64,000 nt of DNA from an uncultured candidate division Zixibacteria bacterium (GCA_963735035.1 CAVTJJ010000006.1:224001-288000), one strand, 5' to 3'; counted from the first letter of the stretch, positions 49,945 through 59,186 are shown. Made by a program: numbers and translations. Notes: generated by a model not told the origin, from the sequence alone.

Positions 49945-51075
49945 ATGAACATAGGAATCACTTGTTATCCGGTCGCAGGCGGCTCCGGAATTGTCGCCAC
50001 TGAACTGGGTCAGCAACTGGCCGCGCGGGGGCATCAGGTCCATTTCATTTCCTACGCGCTGCCGTTCCGGCTTGATCGTTTTCAACCCAACCTGCTTTTT
50101 CACAGTGTCGACACCAGCGCGTATCCGCTTTTCAAGTTTCCGCCATATTCGTTGCCATTGGCCTCAAAGATGGCCGATGTCACCCGTGAGTTCAAGTTGG
50201 ACATCCTACACATGCATTATGCTATCCCGCACGCCACCTGTGCTTATCTGGCCCGCGAGATTCTGCGTGGAACTAATGTCAAGCTCCCGAAAATCATCAC
50301 CACTCTTCACGGTACTGATATTACCCTGGTCGGCTCAGATCCGAGCTTCTTCGATATTACGAAATTCTCGATTAACGCTTCGGACGGCGTCACGGCGGTG
50401 TCGCATTATCTGGCGGATGAGACAAAAGAAGTATTTAGTCTCGAACGGGACATCCGCGTAATTCATAACTTTGTCGATACAACTCGGTTCAAGCGCGGTT
50501 GCGGCGAGTGCCAGCGCAAAGACCTCGTCCGCGAAGGCGAATTCCTGATCACACATATATCGAACTTCCGCCCGGTCAAACGAGTGCTTGATGTCATCGA
50601 CATATTCGATCGCATTCAGGCCGAAGTCCCTGCCCGTCTGCTGCTGATCGGTGAAGGACCCGATACGGTCCTGGCGCGCCGTCAGGTGAAGAAGAAGAAA
50701 CTGGAAGACAAAGTCACATTCCTGGGAAATCAGGAACGAGTGGAAGCGATTCTACCCTGCTCGGATTTGTTCCTGGTACCGTCGGAAGAAGAATCGTTCG
50801 GGCTGGCGGCGCTCGAAGCGCTCGCCTGCGGCGTGCCGGTTATCGGTACTTCGGGCATAGGGCTTACCGAGGTGGTCGAGGACTATCGCAACGGATTCCT
50901 CCTGCCGGTGGGCGATACTGCGTCGATGGCCCGTGCGGCGTTGGCGCTTCTGAAAGACTTCAAACGCCTGCAGGATTTCAAGACAGCCGCCGCTGAAATG
51001 GCCGCGGCGAAATTTGGCGCCGAGCGAATAGTGGCCCAGTACGAGGCGTACTATCAGGAGGTTCTCGATGCCTGA
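49945..51075 (+). CDS. bshA: N-acetyl-alpha-D-glucosaminyl L-malate synthase
   Basis: IGITCYP..GGSGIVATELG, HYAIPHA, TTLHGTDIT, HISNFRPVKR, ESFGLAALEA. Confidence 0.95.
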   Translation: MNIGITCYPVAGGSGIVATELGQQLAARGHQVHFISYALPFRLDRFQPNLLFHSVDTSAYPLFKFPPYSLPLASKMADVTREFKLDILHMHYAIPHATCAYLAREILRGTNVKLPKIITTLHGTDITLVGSDPSFFDITKFSINASDGVTAVSHYLADETKEVFSLERDIRVIHNFVDTTRFKRGCGECQRKDLVREGEFLITHISNFRPVKRVLDVIDIFDRIQAEVPARLLLIGEGPDTVLARRQVKKKKLEDKVTFLGNQERVEAILPCSDLFLVPSEEESFGLAALEALACGVPVIGTSGIGLTEVVEDYRNGFLLPVGDTASMARAALALLKDFKRLQDFKTAAAEMAAAKFGAERIVAQYEAYYQEVLDA

Positions 51076-51844
51076 GCGCGTATCCTTGGATGTCCTGGCG
51101 ATAGCCGCTCATCCGGACGATTCCGAGATCACCTGCGGCGGTTTGCTTATCAAGATGATTCGCAAGGGGCGTAAAGCCGGCGTGCTTGACCTAGCGCGGG
51201 GCGAGATGGGCACCTACGGCGATGAACACGATCGTGCCGCCGAAGCTGCGTCGGCCGCGAAAATTATGGGGCTGTCTTATCGCGGTAATGCCGAGATGCC
51301 GGACGCGGGTGTTGAATTCACACAGGAAAATAAACTCACGATCGCCCAGGTCATTCGCGATACGAAACCGGAGCTGGTAATTCTGCCGCACTGGGAGCAG
51401 CGCCATCCGGATCATCTGGCCTGCAGCCGTCTTGGTTACGACGCTTGTTTTCTCGCCGGACTGGCCAAACTGCCGTTGAGCGGTGAGCCACACCGGCCAC
51501 GCAAGATCATCTATGCGTCATATTATCGAAACACTGACTATTCGTTCCTGGTCGATATCGGCGAGGTGTTTGAGCAGAAACTTCGCGCCATCGCCGCATA
51601 CGAATCGCAGTTCGGCGACCCGGCCTGGGTTGACGATGTCCTGAAGGGCAGCGCCGCGGCTGAGGCGGTGACTGCGGCCGGTCGTAAGGGTGTCTTCGCA
51701 CCGGGGGTTCATATATTCGATTTGCTTTACAGTCGATCTCGCACCTTGGGACAGACGGTCGGTGTTACCTTCGCCGAGGCGTATACGATCAAAGAGCACA
51801 TATTGATCGATGACCCGCAAAAGATGCCGGTCCGGTCGATCTAG
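51068..51844 (+). CDS. bshB1: Bacillithiol biosynthesis deacetylase
   Basis: AHPDD, GEMGT, RHPDH, AYESQF; in the bsh operon. Confidence 0.9.
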   Translation: MPERVSLDVLAIAAHPDDSEITCGGLLIKMIRKGRKAGVLDLARGEMGTYGDEHDRAAEAASAAKIMGLSYRGNAEMPDAGVEFTQENKLTIAQVIRDTKPELVILPHWEQRHPDHLACSRLGYDACFLAGLAKLPLSGEPHRPRKIIYASYYRNTDYSFLVDIGEVFEQKLRAIAAYESQFGDPAWVDDVLKGSAAAEAVTAAGRKGVFAPGVHIFDLLYSRSRTLGQTVGVTFAEAYTIKEHILIDDPQKMPVRSI

Positions 51845-51859
51845 TTGTTTTCGCTGACA

Positions 51860-52127
51860 ACAATGGTTGAGTCAGGTCTATCGACCCGTTTGCCGGATGC
51901 GAAGCGGGACGTGTGACCTGACGCATGTTATATCCAGCATACAACCAATCGGGAGTTTTGAAGAAGTCCTTTCCGCCGTCATCGCGAGTCTCGACTGCGC
52001 TTCGCAGGTGAGACTAGCGATCTAATTGTACGCTGTCACGACGAGCTTGAGATTGCCGCGCTACGCTGTCCCGCCTGGCGGCGGGCCATCTCCGCTCGCA
52101 ATGACGATTTGGCATGCTTTTCCAACA
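51860..52127. repeat. REP/MITE-like elements
   Basis: gtcatcgcgag...gagattgcc...ctcgcaatgac terminal inverted repeat (~51978-52105) containing cccgcctggcggcggg; gtcaggtc...gacctgac. Confidence 0.7.
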
Positions 52128-52241
52128 GGCGGAAGCGGGTGGAATCATTCGTCCACGGAACCGGTCGTAAGATTCCGTGTATCAAATCGTGAATATATCG
52201 GTGTTTGCATAATTCCGGGATCGTGGTAGATTAATACCATC

Positions 52242-53396
52242 GTGGAGACTTCGTCGCTTAAATCAGTCGCCCTGTGTCTGACCCACGCCTGCAACCTCCG
52301 CTGTCGCTACTGCTATGCGGGAGCGAAGGCGGGTCGGTCGATGACTCAGGATACAGCGCTGCAGGCGCTCAAGTTCCTGGCGCTACAGTCCAACGGTTCG
52401 TGCGCGGTCACGTTCTTTGGCGGCGAACCGCTCATGCAATTCGACCTTATCAAGGAAATTGTAGCTCGCGGCAAGTTGGAGTTTCCCGGCAAGTTCGCAT
52501 TCAGGATGGCCACCAACGGGACTCTGCTGACGACTGATACAATTGAATTCCTCAAGACTAACGGGGTGTACTTCTCGCTCAGTCTCGACGGCTCCCCCGA
52601 GCAGCAGAATTTCAACCGGGTTGATGTCTCGGGGCAGGGGTCATACGAACTGGTAGCGGCCGGTCTCGACGCTACACTCGCGTTCAATCCGTACACCGTG
52701 GCCGTCTCGGTTGTGACTCCGGAGACGGTGGAGTATCTGGCCGAGGGAGTGAAGCATCTGTTTGGTCTGGGTTTCAGGTATGTCGTCCAGACGCTGAACT
52801 ATTCGGCAGACTGGCATTCGGAAGACATCAAACGACTCAAGCGGCAGTATCAGGACCTCGCCGGGTTCTACTTCGACAGCCTCAAGGCGGGGAAGAAGCT
52901 CTACTACAGCCCGTTTGATTCGCGTATTCAAACCTGGGCGCAGAAGCCGATTGTTCCGGGTGAACTGTGCGACCTGGCCAACTCGCAGATCGCGATTGCG
53001 GTGTCGGGGCGGCTCTATCCCTGCGTTCAGTTTGTGGCTGAGGACGATGAGACAGCGCGGGCGAGTGCTATCGGCGACGTCTGGTCGGGTTTCGATCCGA
53101 CCCGGCGCGCCTGGTTTGTCGAGCAGAACCGTCAGGAGCCGGAAACGTGTGTCGGATGCACGCTGCACGGTCGCTGCGCTACGTATTGCGGCTGTGTGAA
53201 CTGGAAGACGACCGGCCATCTGAACCGGATTCCGCCGCTCATTTGTGAACACGAGCGGATGCTCATGCCGATTGTCGACCGACTCGCCAACAAGCTCTGG
53301 AAGGGCAAGGTGGAGTTGTTTAAGCGGAAATTTTACGACAAGACTTTCCCGATTTCGTCATATATTGAAGACTGTCTGATGAAGAAGGCGGAGTAG
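52242..53396 (+). CDS. Radical SAM/SPASM domain protein (anSME/peptide-maturase class)
   Basis: CNLRCRYC, FFGGEP, TNGTLL, SLDG; SPASM C...GRLYPC...CVGC.....C...C.C...C. Confidence 0.9.
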   Translation: METSSLKSVALCLTHACNLRCRYCYAGAKAGRSMTQDTALQALKFLALQSNGSCAVTFFGGEPLMQFDLIKEIVARGKLEFPGKFAFRMATNGTLLTTDTIEFLKTNGVYFSLSLDGSPEQQNFNRVDVSGQGSYELVAAGLDATLAFNPYTVAVSVVTPETVEYLAEGVKHLFGLGFRYVVQTLNYSADWHSEDIKRLKRQYQDLAGFYFDSLKAGKKLYYSPFDSRIQTWAQKPIVPGELCDLANSQIAIAVSGRLYPCVQFVAEDDETARASAIGDVWSGFDPTRRAWFVEQNRQEPETCVGCTLHGRCATYCGCVNWKTTGHLNRIPPLICEHERMLMPIVDRLANKLWKGKVELFKRKFYDKTFPISSYIEDCLMKKAE

Positions 53397-53397
53397 G

Positions 53398-53929
53398 ATG
53401 CTTCGGATCACACAGATCAGCCGGTACGATTTGCCCCGGTATCCACAGGGCGGGCAGTATGTGCACCCGCCTCGCTCGTCTGCAGCAAAGGTGCGTGACG
53501 CCGCCGCTCTGTCGATTCTGGCATACGCGCTGCGATCCTGCGGTCCTTGGATGGGAGGAAAACCTTTGCCACCCAAGTACGTAACGGAGATAGAGGCTCG
53601 GCTAGTCATTGGCGAAGTCTTCGCCGCACGAGGCATAAAGCTAGTAGCGGATCAGGCAGTGACCGTGCCGTTCAGTCAATCGGGTTCAGCAAAGCTGGTT
53701 GTCGATGGCTTCAATGATTCGCTACAGGTTGGCTATGAATATATCAGCATTGAAGACAAACCGATCTTCACGGACGACGTATGTCGTCGACTCGACAACC
53801 TGAATCGGGACGCCTCTCCGCATATCATTACTCTTCCAACCGAAGTAGAGGGAGAGGACGCTGAGGATACACCTCCGTCAGGTTGTAGAAGCTTTCCTCG
53901 TTTCACTTAAGACTCAGGGTGTAATATAG
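53398..53929 (+). CDS. Radical SAM-associated putative lipoprotein 1 (frameshift near 53865; corrected end 53929)
   Basis: YDLPRYP leader, h-region, LRSC lipobox. Removing one G gives ...HLRQVVEAFLVSLKTQGVI*, matching the paralog's HLQQVVNEFLDSLHAQGVI*. Confidence 0.75.
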
Positions 53930-53963
53930 GTCGCGGCAGTTATGAAGAGAAGGGCGGAATAGT

Positions 53964-54497
53964 ATGCTCCAGATTACCAAGATAACGCAATACGCGCGAC
54001 CGAAGTATCCTCACGGCGGGCAATATGTTTGTCCTCCCAGCACGGCCGGTGCGAGAGTGAGGGACGCTGCCGCGCTCTTGTCGCTTGTTGCTCTGTTGGA
54101 TTCGTGCGGCACGGAACCTACCGGAGGTGTGCCACCGCCACCGCAGCTCCTGTCGGAAGCCAGCGCGCGCCAGATTATCAAACAGGTATTTACCGCCCGT
54201 AGCATAACGCTCGATACCAGCCAGGTTGTTACCATTCCACTAAGTCCGACGGATACCTTGGAACTGAATCTCGACAGCTTCAATGATTCGCTACAAGTGG
54301 GATATGAGTATATCTACGAGGGTGACAATACGGAGTTCACTCCTGCCATACGCAATACGCTGGATAGCCTGAACGAGGAGTCCATGCCGCATATTCTCAC
54401 CCTTGATGCTGAGACTCAACGGGCGGCGGCCGAGGCGCATCTGCAGCAGGTCGTGAATGAATTCCTGGATTCTCTGCACGCCCAGGGCGTGATATAG
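53964..54497 (+). CDS. Radical SAM-associated putative lipoprotein 2
   Basis: YARPKYP leader, VRDAAAL h-region, LDSC lipobox; shares FNDSLQVGYEYI and PHI with paralog 1. Confidence 0.8.
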   Translation: MLQITKITQYARPKYPHGGQYVCPPSTAGARVRDAAALLSLVALLDSCGTEPTGGVPPPPQLLSEASARQIIKQVFTARSITLDTSQVVTIPLSPTDTLELNLDSFNDSLQVGYEYIYEGDNTEFTPAIRNTLDSLNEESMPHILTLDAETQRAAAEAHLQQVVNEFLDSLHAQGVI

Positions 54498-54499
54498 CT

Positions 54500-54925
54500 C
54501 TTGCCCGGCCCGCCGCGGCGAGCCCATATCTGCCGGTTGGGTGACCTGACGCAGATCCGCTGCGTAAGAACAATTACGGGGCGATAGCCCCGTAATTCCG
54601 GCGAAAGCCAGAACCCAGTTGTGGCTGCAGAATATATGCCTCTATGTTCAATCCAACCAAGCGAATGGAACAGCCAGACATTACGGAAATGATTCTGCGA
54701 TCACAACTGGGCCCCGGTTTACACCGGGGTGACGGCCTGGAGGCCGTCCTGTTCAGGTCAATCACGCCTCCGCCTTGTAGGTCGGGATGCTTGTCATCCC
54801 GACATTCTCGTTGTCAGGACCTCGCCTCGGCGAGCAGGCACAAGGGTCCCGACCCACAAGAGATGTTCCAATTCGTCACCCTGAGCCTAGCCTGACCAGA
54901 GCTTGACGCAGGGTCGAAGGGAGAT
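54500..54925. repeat. REP-like palindrome cluster
   Basis: attacggggcgatagccccgtaat, gtaggtcgggatgcttgtcatcccgac, gtcaggacc...ggtcccgac, gtcaccctgagc...gtcgaaggg. Confidence 0.7.
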
Positions 54926-55229
54926 GTCGCTCCCAAATCTCTTTCGTCAACTGCAGCAGCCGCTTGTACGGGATCGCGGTCCAGCTTTCCGCGACCGCCG
55001 CGCCGTGCGACCGGCTGATCAGCGACACTTTGGCGGCAGTTTCTTCGTCCGGCGCTTCGTAGATGTCCATGAAGTCATACTTGCCAAGAAGCGCATAGTG
55101 GGCGAGAAACTTCACCTTGGGGCATTTTTCGTGGACTTCGTCGAGCCAGACGGCGCCTATATCGGCGCGGTCTTTCATTCTGGCGGCCACGTCGGGCGCC
55201 AGCCGGGTCATGAGGATGAAGGTTTTCAT
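54876..55229 (-). CDS. GYD domain-containing protein
   Basis: AAAGGAGG RBS before ATG 55229; YALLGKYDFMDIYEAPD motif. The last ~15 codons run into a REP element. Confidence 0.8.
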   Translation of the reverse strand: MKTFILMTRLAPDVAARMKDRADIGAVWLDEVHEKCPKVKFLAHYALLGKYDFMDIYEAPDEETAAKVSLISRSHGAAVAESWTAIPYKRLLQLTKEIWERHLPSTLRQALVRLGSG

Positions 55230-55329
55230 CGGCGTGCCTCCTTTACATCTGTTTCGGCCTTTCGGCGATGTCATTCGGGCAGCGTGAAATTCAACTGATC
55301 GAACCTGAAATCGGAACATATCCGCTTTC

Positions 55330-55426
55330 TGGCGGAAGGGGTGGGAATCGAACCCACCGGGGACAATGCAATTGCCCCCCTCACGGCTTTGAAGGCCGGG
55401 ACCGCCACCAGACGACATCCGCTTCC
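55330..55426 (-). tRNA. selC: tRNA-Sec (anticodon UCA)
   Basis: Reverse complement GGAAGCGG...CTGGTGG...CCGGCC TTCAAA GCCG, long variable arm, GGTTCGATTCC, ends CTTCCGCCA; 97 nt. Confidence 0.92.
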
Positions 55427-55467
55427 GAGGTTATGATAATACACTATCGGTCGCCTGTAAATAACTC

Positions 55468-55605
55468 GTAGGTCGGGTTCACGAGGCGGTCACGGAGCGA
55501 GCGGCCGAGCAACCCGACAGCTTCGGCAGGGGTGGAACCCTGCCGATCACATTTTGGGCTGCCGATCATACATCTTGACTGCCGATTGGGGTAGAGCCCA
55601 CCCCC
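55468..55605. repeat. REP-like palindrome cluster
   Basis: gtaggtcgggtt...aacccgaca; cggcaggggtggaaccctgccgatca. Confidence 0.7.
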
Positions 55606-55649
55606 AAATTATGATTGACTCCGGGGCCGTTGCTTTGCACCCTTCACCT

Positions 55650-57737
55650 GTGGCCGAACTGAGACTCAATTCTCCGCTTCAATACGTCAAGGGTGTCGGG
55701 CCTAAGAAAGCCGAAGTGCTCGCGCACCACGGCATGAACACGGTCGAAGACATCCTTTACTACTTTCCGCGCCAGTACCTCGACCGAAGCAATATCGTCC
55801 GCATAGCCGACCTCAAGATCGACCAGCCTGCGACCATCATCGGCGAGGTCAAAGCGCACGGCATCCTGTATGGCCGTCGCAAGCGCTACGAAGTTATCCT
55901 CGCAGACGAGTCCGGCAACGTCTCGCTGATCTGGTTCGCGGGGGTCAAGTTCTGGGAGCGGTTGTTCAAGAAGGGGATGAAATTCGCCGCCACCGGCACC
56001 CCGAGCTTCTTCCAAGAACTGCAAATCATCCACCCCGACCTGGAACGGCTCGATGACTTCTCCGATCAACTGGTCCACTCCGGGCGGATTATCCCGATCT
56101 ACCCGCAGACTTCAGAACTGAGCAAGGTCGGTCTGTCCAGCAAGGGAATGCGAACGATCACCACGTTCATCTTCGAGCATGTCACCGAGCGATTGGAAGA
56201 GTATCTACCGGAGTCGCTGCTTCAGAAACATCAGCTTCTCTCACGCCATGACGCGGTCGCGCACACTCATTACCCCGAAACTCGGGAGCAAATCGAAGAT
56301 TGTCGCCGCCGGCTGGCCTTTGACGAACTGCTTCAGCTTCAGTATCTAGTATCCCGCAACAAAGGACGCAAGGCGACCATCTCGAAGAAGCATCACTACG
56401 CCGCGCCCGGACCGCATCTCACCCAATTCCGGAAAGCACTCCCATTTGAATTGACCGCCGAGCAGAAGAAGGTGGTCAAGGAGATCATCGCCGGAATGCA
56501 GGGCGAGAGACCGATGTCCCGCCTGTTGCACGGCGAAGTCGGTTGCGGCAAAACCGTAGTCGCAGTGATAGCGGCTCTGTATGCCGCCGAAAACGGCCTT
56601 CAGTGCGCTTTCATGGCTCCGACCGAAATCCTGGCCGAGCAGCATTTCCGAAATTGGGGTGCCCTCTTAACAGAGTGCGGTGCTCCCACCGCGCTTTTGA
56701 CCGCCAATTCCTCGGCGGCTCATAAGAAGAAGGTCGCGAAAGAATGCGCCGAGGGTGGCATCAGTATTCTGTTCGGCACCCACGCGCTGATATACGATTA
56801 TGTCAATTTCCGCCGGCTAGGTCTGGTCGTGATCGATGAACAGCATCGGTTCGGAGTGGAACAACGGGGACGACTCTACGCTAAGGGCGAAGACCCCGAC
56901 CTTCTGGTGATGACTGCTACTCCAATTCCGCGCACCCTGGCGTTGACTCTTTACGGTGACCTCGACATCTCTACGATCAAAGACGTTCCCCCCGGACGGC
57001 AGCCGATACGCACTGTCTGGCGGATGGCCGACGCCCGTGACAAAGTCTGGCAATTTATCCGCGAAGAGGCGGCGAAGAAGGGCCAGACCTATATCGTGTA
57101 TCCGCTGATAGAGAAATCAGAACAGTCGGAAATGGAGAACGTTGAGGATGCTTTCCAGGAATTGTCATCCGGTGCCCTGAAAGGGTTGCGACTCGGCATT
57201 GTTCATGGTCGGGTGAAGCCGAAAGAGCGCGACGAGATTCTCGCCGAGTTCCGGGCCGGAAGGATTGACGTGTTGCTCGCCACTACGGTTATCGAGGTCG
57301 GTCTCGACAATCCGAACGCCACGATGCTGGTAATTGAGCATGCGGAGCGGTTCGGTCTGGCGCAGTTGCATCAGTTGAGGGGGCGAATCGGGCGTGGTTC
57401 GCGCTCGGCCACGGCGATAGCCATCGCGCATGCCCCGGTGTCTCCGATTGCCCGTCAGCGGCTGGAGTATTTTGCTCAGCACTCCGACGGATTCTTGATT
57501 GCCGAAGCCGACTTGCAGTTGCGCGGTCCGGGAGAGATTTTCGGAGTGCGGCAGTCCGGTCTGCCGGAATTGCGGGTGGCCAATCTGTGGCGAGATCGTG
57601 ATCTGATGGAATCCGGTCGTGAAGTGTTGGAGCAGTTGATCACCCGTACGGATGAACTTGACAGCCCGCATCAGCGGCTTTATACCTACTTGCAGCGGGC
57701 CGCCGAAAAACGCGAAATTCATCTCGGCGGCGGATAA
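55650..57737 (+). CDS. recG: ATP-dependent DNA helicase RecG
   Basis: KGVGPK, RRLAFDE, GEVGCGKT, MAPTEILAEQH, IDEQHRFG, TATPIPR, LHQLRGRIGR, DLQLRGPG. Start GTG 55650 inferred. Confidence 0.95.
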   Translation: MAELRLNSPLQYVKGVGPKKAEVLAHHGMNTVEDILYYFPRQYLDRSNIVRIADLKIDQPATIIGEVKAHGILYGRRKRYEVILADESGNVSLIWFAGVKFWERLFKKGMKFAATGTPSFFQELQIIHPDLERLDDFSDQLVHSGRIIPIYPQTSELSKVGLSSKGMRTITTFIFEHVTERLEEYLPESLLQKHQLLSRHDAVAHTHYPETREQIEDCRRRLAFDELLQLQYLVSRNKGRKATISKKHHYAAPGPHLTQFRKALPFELTAEQKKVVKEIIAGMQGERPMSRLLHGEVGCGKTVVAVIAALYAAENGLQCAFMAPTEILAEQHFRNWGALLTECGAPTALLTANSSAAHKKKVAKECAEGGISILFGTHALIYDYVNFRRLGLVVIDEQHRFGVEQRGRLYAKGEDPDLLVMTATPIPRTLALTLYGDLDISTIKDVPPGRQPIRTVWRMADARDKVWQFIREEAAKKGQTYIVYPLIEKSEQSEMENVEDAFQELSSGALKGLRLGIVHGRVKPKERDEILAEFRAGRIDVLLATTVIEVGLDNPNATMLVIEHAERFGLAQLHQLRGRIGRGSRSATAIAIAHAPVSPIARQRLEYFAQHSDGFLIAEADLQLRGPGEIFGVRQSGLPELRVANLWRDRDLMESGREVLEQLITRTDELDSPHQRLYTYLQRAAEKREIHLGGG

Positions 57738-57778
57738 GATGATGAATGAGTAAGACTCGAGACAGGCAGGGTTCCGGT

Positions 57779-58114
57779 ATGAGCGATGCACAAGAACAAC
57801 AAGAACAAATCGATGTCATGTTCTATCAGTTGATATTGTCTATTCAAGCGTCAGTCATGCAGCATTTGGGGAAGGTTGTGTCACCGTTGACCGGCAAGAT
57901 CGACCGCAATCTCGAAGCCGCCCGATATAGTATCGACATGCTGGAAATGATCGGGCGGAAGACGGCAGGGAACCTCGCCGAAGAAGAAAAGCAGTTGGTC
58001 GAACATGTTCTCTACGAGCTTCGTCTGAACTATATCGAGGAAGTCAACAAGGGGGGCGAGTCAGAAAACCCGCCCGACGAATCTTCAGAGTCTGGTGGCG
58101 AGACGATTCACTGA
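57779..58114 (+). CDS. DUF1844 family protein
   Basis: F..LILS...HLG...P.TG...NLEAARYSIDMLEM...KTAGNL..EE...L.ELRLNY. Confidence 0.8.
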   Translation: MSDAQEQQEQIDVMFYQLILSIQASVMQHLGKVVSPLTGKIDRNLEAARYSIDMLEMIGRKTAGNLAEEEKQLVEHVLYELRLNYIEEVNKGGESENPPDESSESGGETIH

Positions 58115-58232
58115 TAAATTATGGGGACCGACCGACGGGGGCGAGTGTACAACCTACGAGCGGAGTAGATTTGTACCTCAGGAGAGACCCCTTTTCACTT
58201 GATTTTGAGCCGTCGGCGGTTATATTTTGACC

Positions 58233-59186
58233 GTGAAAATGGTTGTCCAACCGAAAGTTAGCAAAGACTGGCCGGCCGCCAAGCTGATTGAGGCATTTGG
58301 GGCCGGTTTGGAATTTTCGAGGGAAATGGCGTCGCTAACCAGCTATGAAACCGGTGGACCGGCCAGATATTTTATCGTAGCGAGATCAATCGACGATGTC
58401 ATTAGGGCCATCAAGGGAGCCGCCAGGCTCGAAATACCGGTTTTCGTAGTAGGGGGTGGCTCAAATCTGCTGGTCTCTGATTCGGGGTTCGATGGTCTCG
58501 TTATCAAGATGGAAATCATGGGGTTACGGCGGCTCGACAACAACCTGGTTGAGGTCGGTGGCGGCGAGCAGCTATTCGACCTGGTCAATTTTGCGACCGA
58601 ACAGGCTCTTACCGGGCTGGAATTCGCGGCCGGAATCTGGGGTAGTGTCGGCGGCGCCATTTACGGAAATGCCGGAGCTTTTGGTGGCGAAGTTGGCCGG
58701 GTGCTGGAAAAGGCTACCCTTGTTGATAATAACGGCTCCGTCAAAACGGTCACGCGGGACTATCTGAAATTCGAATACCGTCATTCCTACTTGAAAGAGA
58801 CGAAAGAAATCGTTGCCCAGGCCTATTTCCGCCTGGCTCTCGGCGATTCGGCCGCTATCGAGGCCGAAGTTGGCCGGATTTTGTCCCTTCGTTCGGAGCG
58901 CCATCCCGACCGCCGGACCGCCGGCTGTTTCTTCAGAAATATCCCCGATCCCACACAGGAACACGGCAAGATGGCCGCTGGAAAGCTGCTCGAAGAGGTA
59001 GGCGCCAAGGAATTGAGTGTGGGCGGTGCGCGAGTGTTTGCCAAACACGCCAACATTATCGTAAATTCCGGCGGTGCAACGTCAAAAGATATCAGACAAT
59101 TGGCCGATATATTGAAACAGAGAGTGTGGGACCGCTTCGGCATCGCGTTGCAAGAAGAGGTCCAGCAGCTCGGTTCATTTTCCTAG
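58233..59186 (+). CDS. murB: UDP-N-acetylmuramate dehydrogenase
   Basis: TGGPA, GGGSNLLVSD, GLEF, GGAIYGNAGA, YRHS, AGCFFRN, KHANIIVN, LQEEV. Start GTG 58233 or ATG 58239. Confidence 0.93.
   Translation: MKMVVQPKVSKDWPAAKLIEAFGAGLEFSREMASLTSYETGGPARYFIVARSIDDVIRAIKGAARLEIPVFVVGGGSNLLVSDSGFDGLVIKMEIMGLRRLDNNLVEVGGGEQLFDLVNFATEQALTGLEFAAGIWGSVGGAIYGNAGAFGGEVGRVLEKATLVDNNGSVKTVTRDYLKFEYRHSYLKETKEIVAQAYFRLALGDSAAIEAEVGRILSLRSERHPDRRTAGCFFRNIPDPTQEHGKMAAGKLLEEVGAKELSVGGARVFAKHANIIVNSGGATSKDIRQLADILKQRVWDRFGIALQEEVQQLGSFS

Noticed and set aside
52242..53396. Anaerobic sulfatase maturase assignment
   Set aside because: No sulfatase is nearby and the coupled genes lack a (C/S)xPxR motif; not excluded without a phylogeny.
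53860..53929. Programmed frameshift giving alternative C-termini in lipoprotein 1
   Set aside because: No slippery heptamer, and similar +1 errors occur in several unrelated genes.
55230..55418. N-terminal extension of the GYD ORF
   Set aside because: It overlaps tRNA-Sec; a strong RBS supports the ATG at 55229.
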